The notes under the pieces are model-generated. The model did no database searches. It was not told where the DNA came from and saw only the letters and a list, made by a program, of their open reading frames with translations. Position numbers and translations under genes: made by a program. Source: a bacterium (GTDB taxonomy: Bacteria > UBP15 > UBA6099). From it: a stretch of DNA of 64,000 nucleotides. Below, one piece after another: positions 62,992 to 64,000 of this stretch (its first letter is position 1; the number at the start of each line of letters is the position of its first letter). The DNA lies in the NCBI GenBank assembly GCA_029564595.1, contig JAKQPS010000120.1, positions 16,424 through 80,423 of the forward strand, in the 5' to 3' direction.

Positions 62992-64000
62992 CTAGTTGTC
63001 CGCGTTCTGTCCGGCCTGAATCAGCCCACGAAGCGTCTTGAGCATTTCCTTTGCCCGCTCGTCGCCGAGGTCCATCGCTTTCTTTGCGTCGTGGACCGCG
63101 TCGAGGATATTGCCGAGACGGTAGTTTGCGACGGCGCGGTTCCTGTAATAAAGAGGGACATTCGCATTGCGGGCAATCGCCTTGTCGAGCCATTCCACAG
63201 CCTGAGCGTATTCATTCTGCTTGATGAGATAAACGCCGAAATTATTGTAAGTGCCCGAATTGTCGAGCAGGGGCTCGTCCTCTTTTGTGAAATATGTCGT
63301 CTGCTTTTTCGGTTCTTCTTCGGTTTTTTGAGATACCGGCCTCGTTGTGTCGGGTTTAGCGGTTTCCGTCAGAGGAGACACTATGCCGAGTTTCTTTGAG
63401 GCTTCCACAACGCCTTTGCGGGCGTATTCGTTGGCCGGATCGATGGCAAGGGCGGCGGCGTAGTGCTCAAGCGCGCGGTGATAACTTCTGTCGATAAAAA
63501 AACTGTTCGCCTTGTATACGTGCCGTTCGGCGGTCCACTCGCCGCTTTCGGGCGGCGCGTCGGTTTTCGGGGGGATGTCCTTAAGTTGCTTTTCAGCCTT
63601 TTTCGGCTCGTCTTGCGGGGGCTGAGCCGGGGCGGGCGGTTTTGGCTCCGCCTTTTTTTCCGCCAGCGCAAGCTCCGGCTTCTTTTCATCCGGTGCGGGC
63701 GCGGGTTTCTCTTCTGCCTTCTCCGCTTTTTTCGATTTTCTGTCCGCCACCGGGGCCGGTTCCGCAGGTTTGACTTCTTTTGCCGGAGCGGGGATCTCTT
63801 CGATTTTTGTTTTGGATTCTGTTTCCTGAGTTTTCTGCTCTGTTTTCGCGGTTGGCTCAACAACAGCGGCGGGTTTAGCCGCGACTTTTGATTTGTCGGC
63901 TTCCGCCGTCTTTTCGGGAGTTGATTTGGAGGCGTCGCTCGAAGCCGCCGGGGCCGGTTCCGTCTTTTGTTGAGCAGGGGCCGCGCTGTCTATTTCTTCG
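62992..64000 (-). CDS. TPR-repeat protein with long Lys/Pro/Ala/Glu-rich N-terminal region; 5' end beyond window
   Basis: TPR-like helices (YHRALEHYAAALAIDPANEYARKG, AQAVEWLDKAIARNANVPLYYRNRAVANY). Reading frame stays open to position 64000 on manual translation; the ORF-track start at 63750 is an internal GTG. Confidence 0.6.
   Translation of the reverse strand, partial: EEIDSAAPAQQKTEPAPAASSDASKSTPEKTAEADKSKVAAKPAAVVEPTAKTEQKTQETESKTKIEEIPAPAKEVKPAEPAPVADRKSKKAEKAEEKPAPAPDEKKPELALAEKKAEPKPPAPAQPPQDEPKKAEKQLKDIPPKTDAPPESGEWTAERHVYKANSFFIDRSYHRALEHYAAALAIDPANEYARKGVVEASKKLGIVSPLTETAKPDTTRPVSQKTEEEPKKQTTYFTKEDEPLLDNSGTYNNFGVYLIKQNEYAQAVEWLDKAIARNANVPLYYRNRAVANYRLGNILDAVHDAKKAMDLGDERAKEMLKTLRGLIQAGQNADN

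Overview
High-GC bacterial chromosomal segment (GC judged by eye, not computed) carrying about 50 protein-coding genes, one tRNA (anticodon CAT) and several families of intergenic repeats. No database search was possible, so every call rests on reading the six-frame translations and the DNA directly. Housekeeping content is clear: a dnaK-grpE-dnaJ-hspR heat-shock operon behind a consensus sigma-70 promoter, hisC-cmk, rarA, nth, lepB and htrA. Other blocks are a TetR-regulated efflux adaptor, a multi-PAS sensor kinase, an exbB-exbD operon with an atypical TonB-like partner plus secreted and SLH-like proteins, a sugar cluster (two Gfo/Idh/MocA oxidoreductases, SDR, alpha-galactosidase-like hydrolase), a five-gene translationally coupled ABC/permease operon, alkaline phosphatase, an Hdr-like membrane Fe-S oxidoreductase, and two amidohydrolases. 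Three lower-GC islands stand out. The strongest candidate for an undescribed system is at about 28950-31815: a protein with a Shedu-like PD-(D/E)xK nuclease signature fused to a sigma-70 region-4 HTH, convergent with a Fic enzyme and bounded by palindromic elements and an array of direct repeats. The other two are an orphan AT-rich gene at 14678-15541 beside nested palindromes, and a translationally coupled DUF2339-like / thrombospondin-repeat pair at 55458-59749. No integrase, transposase, CRISPR array or rRNA was seen.
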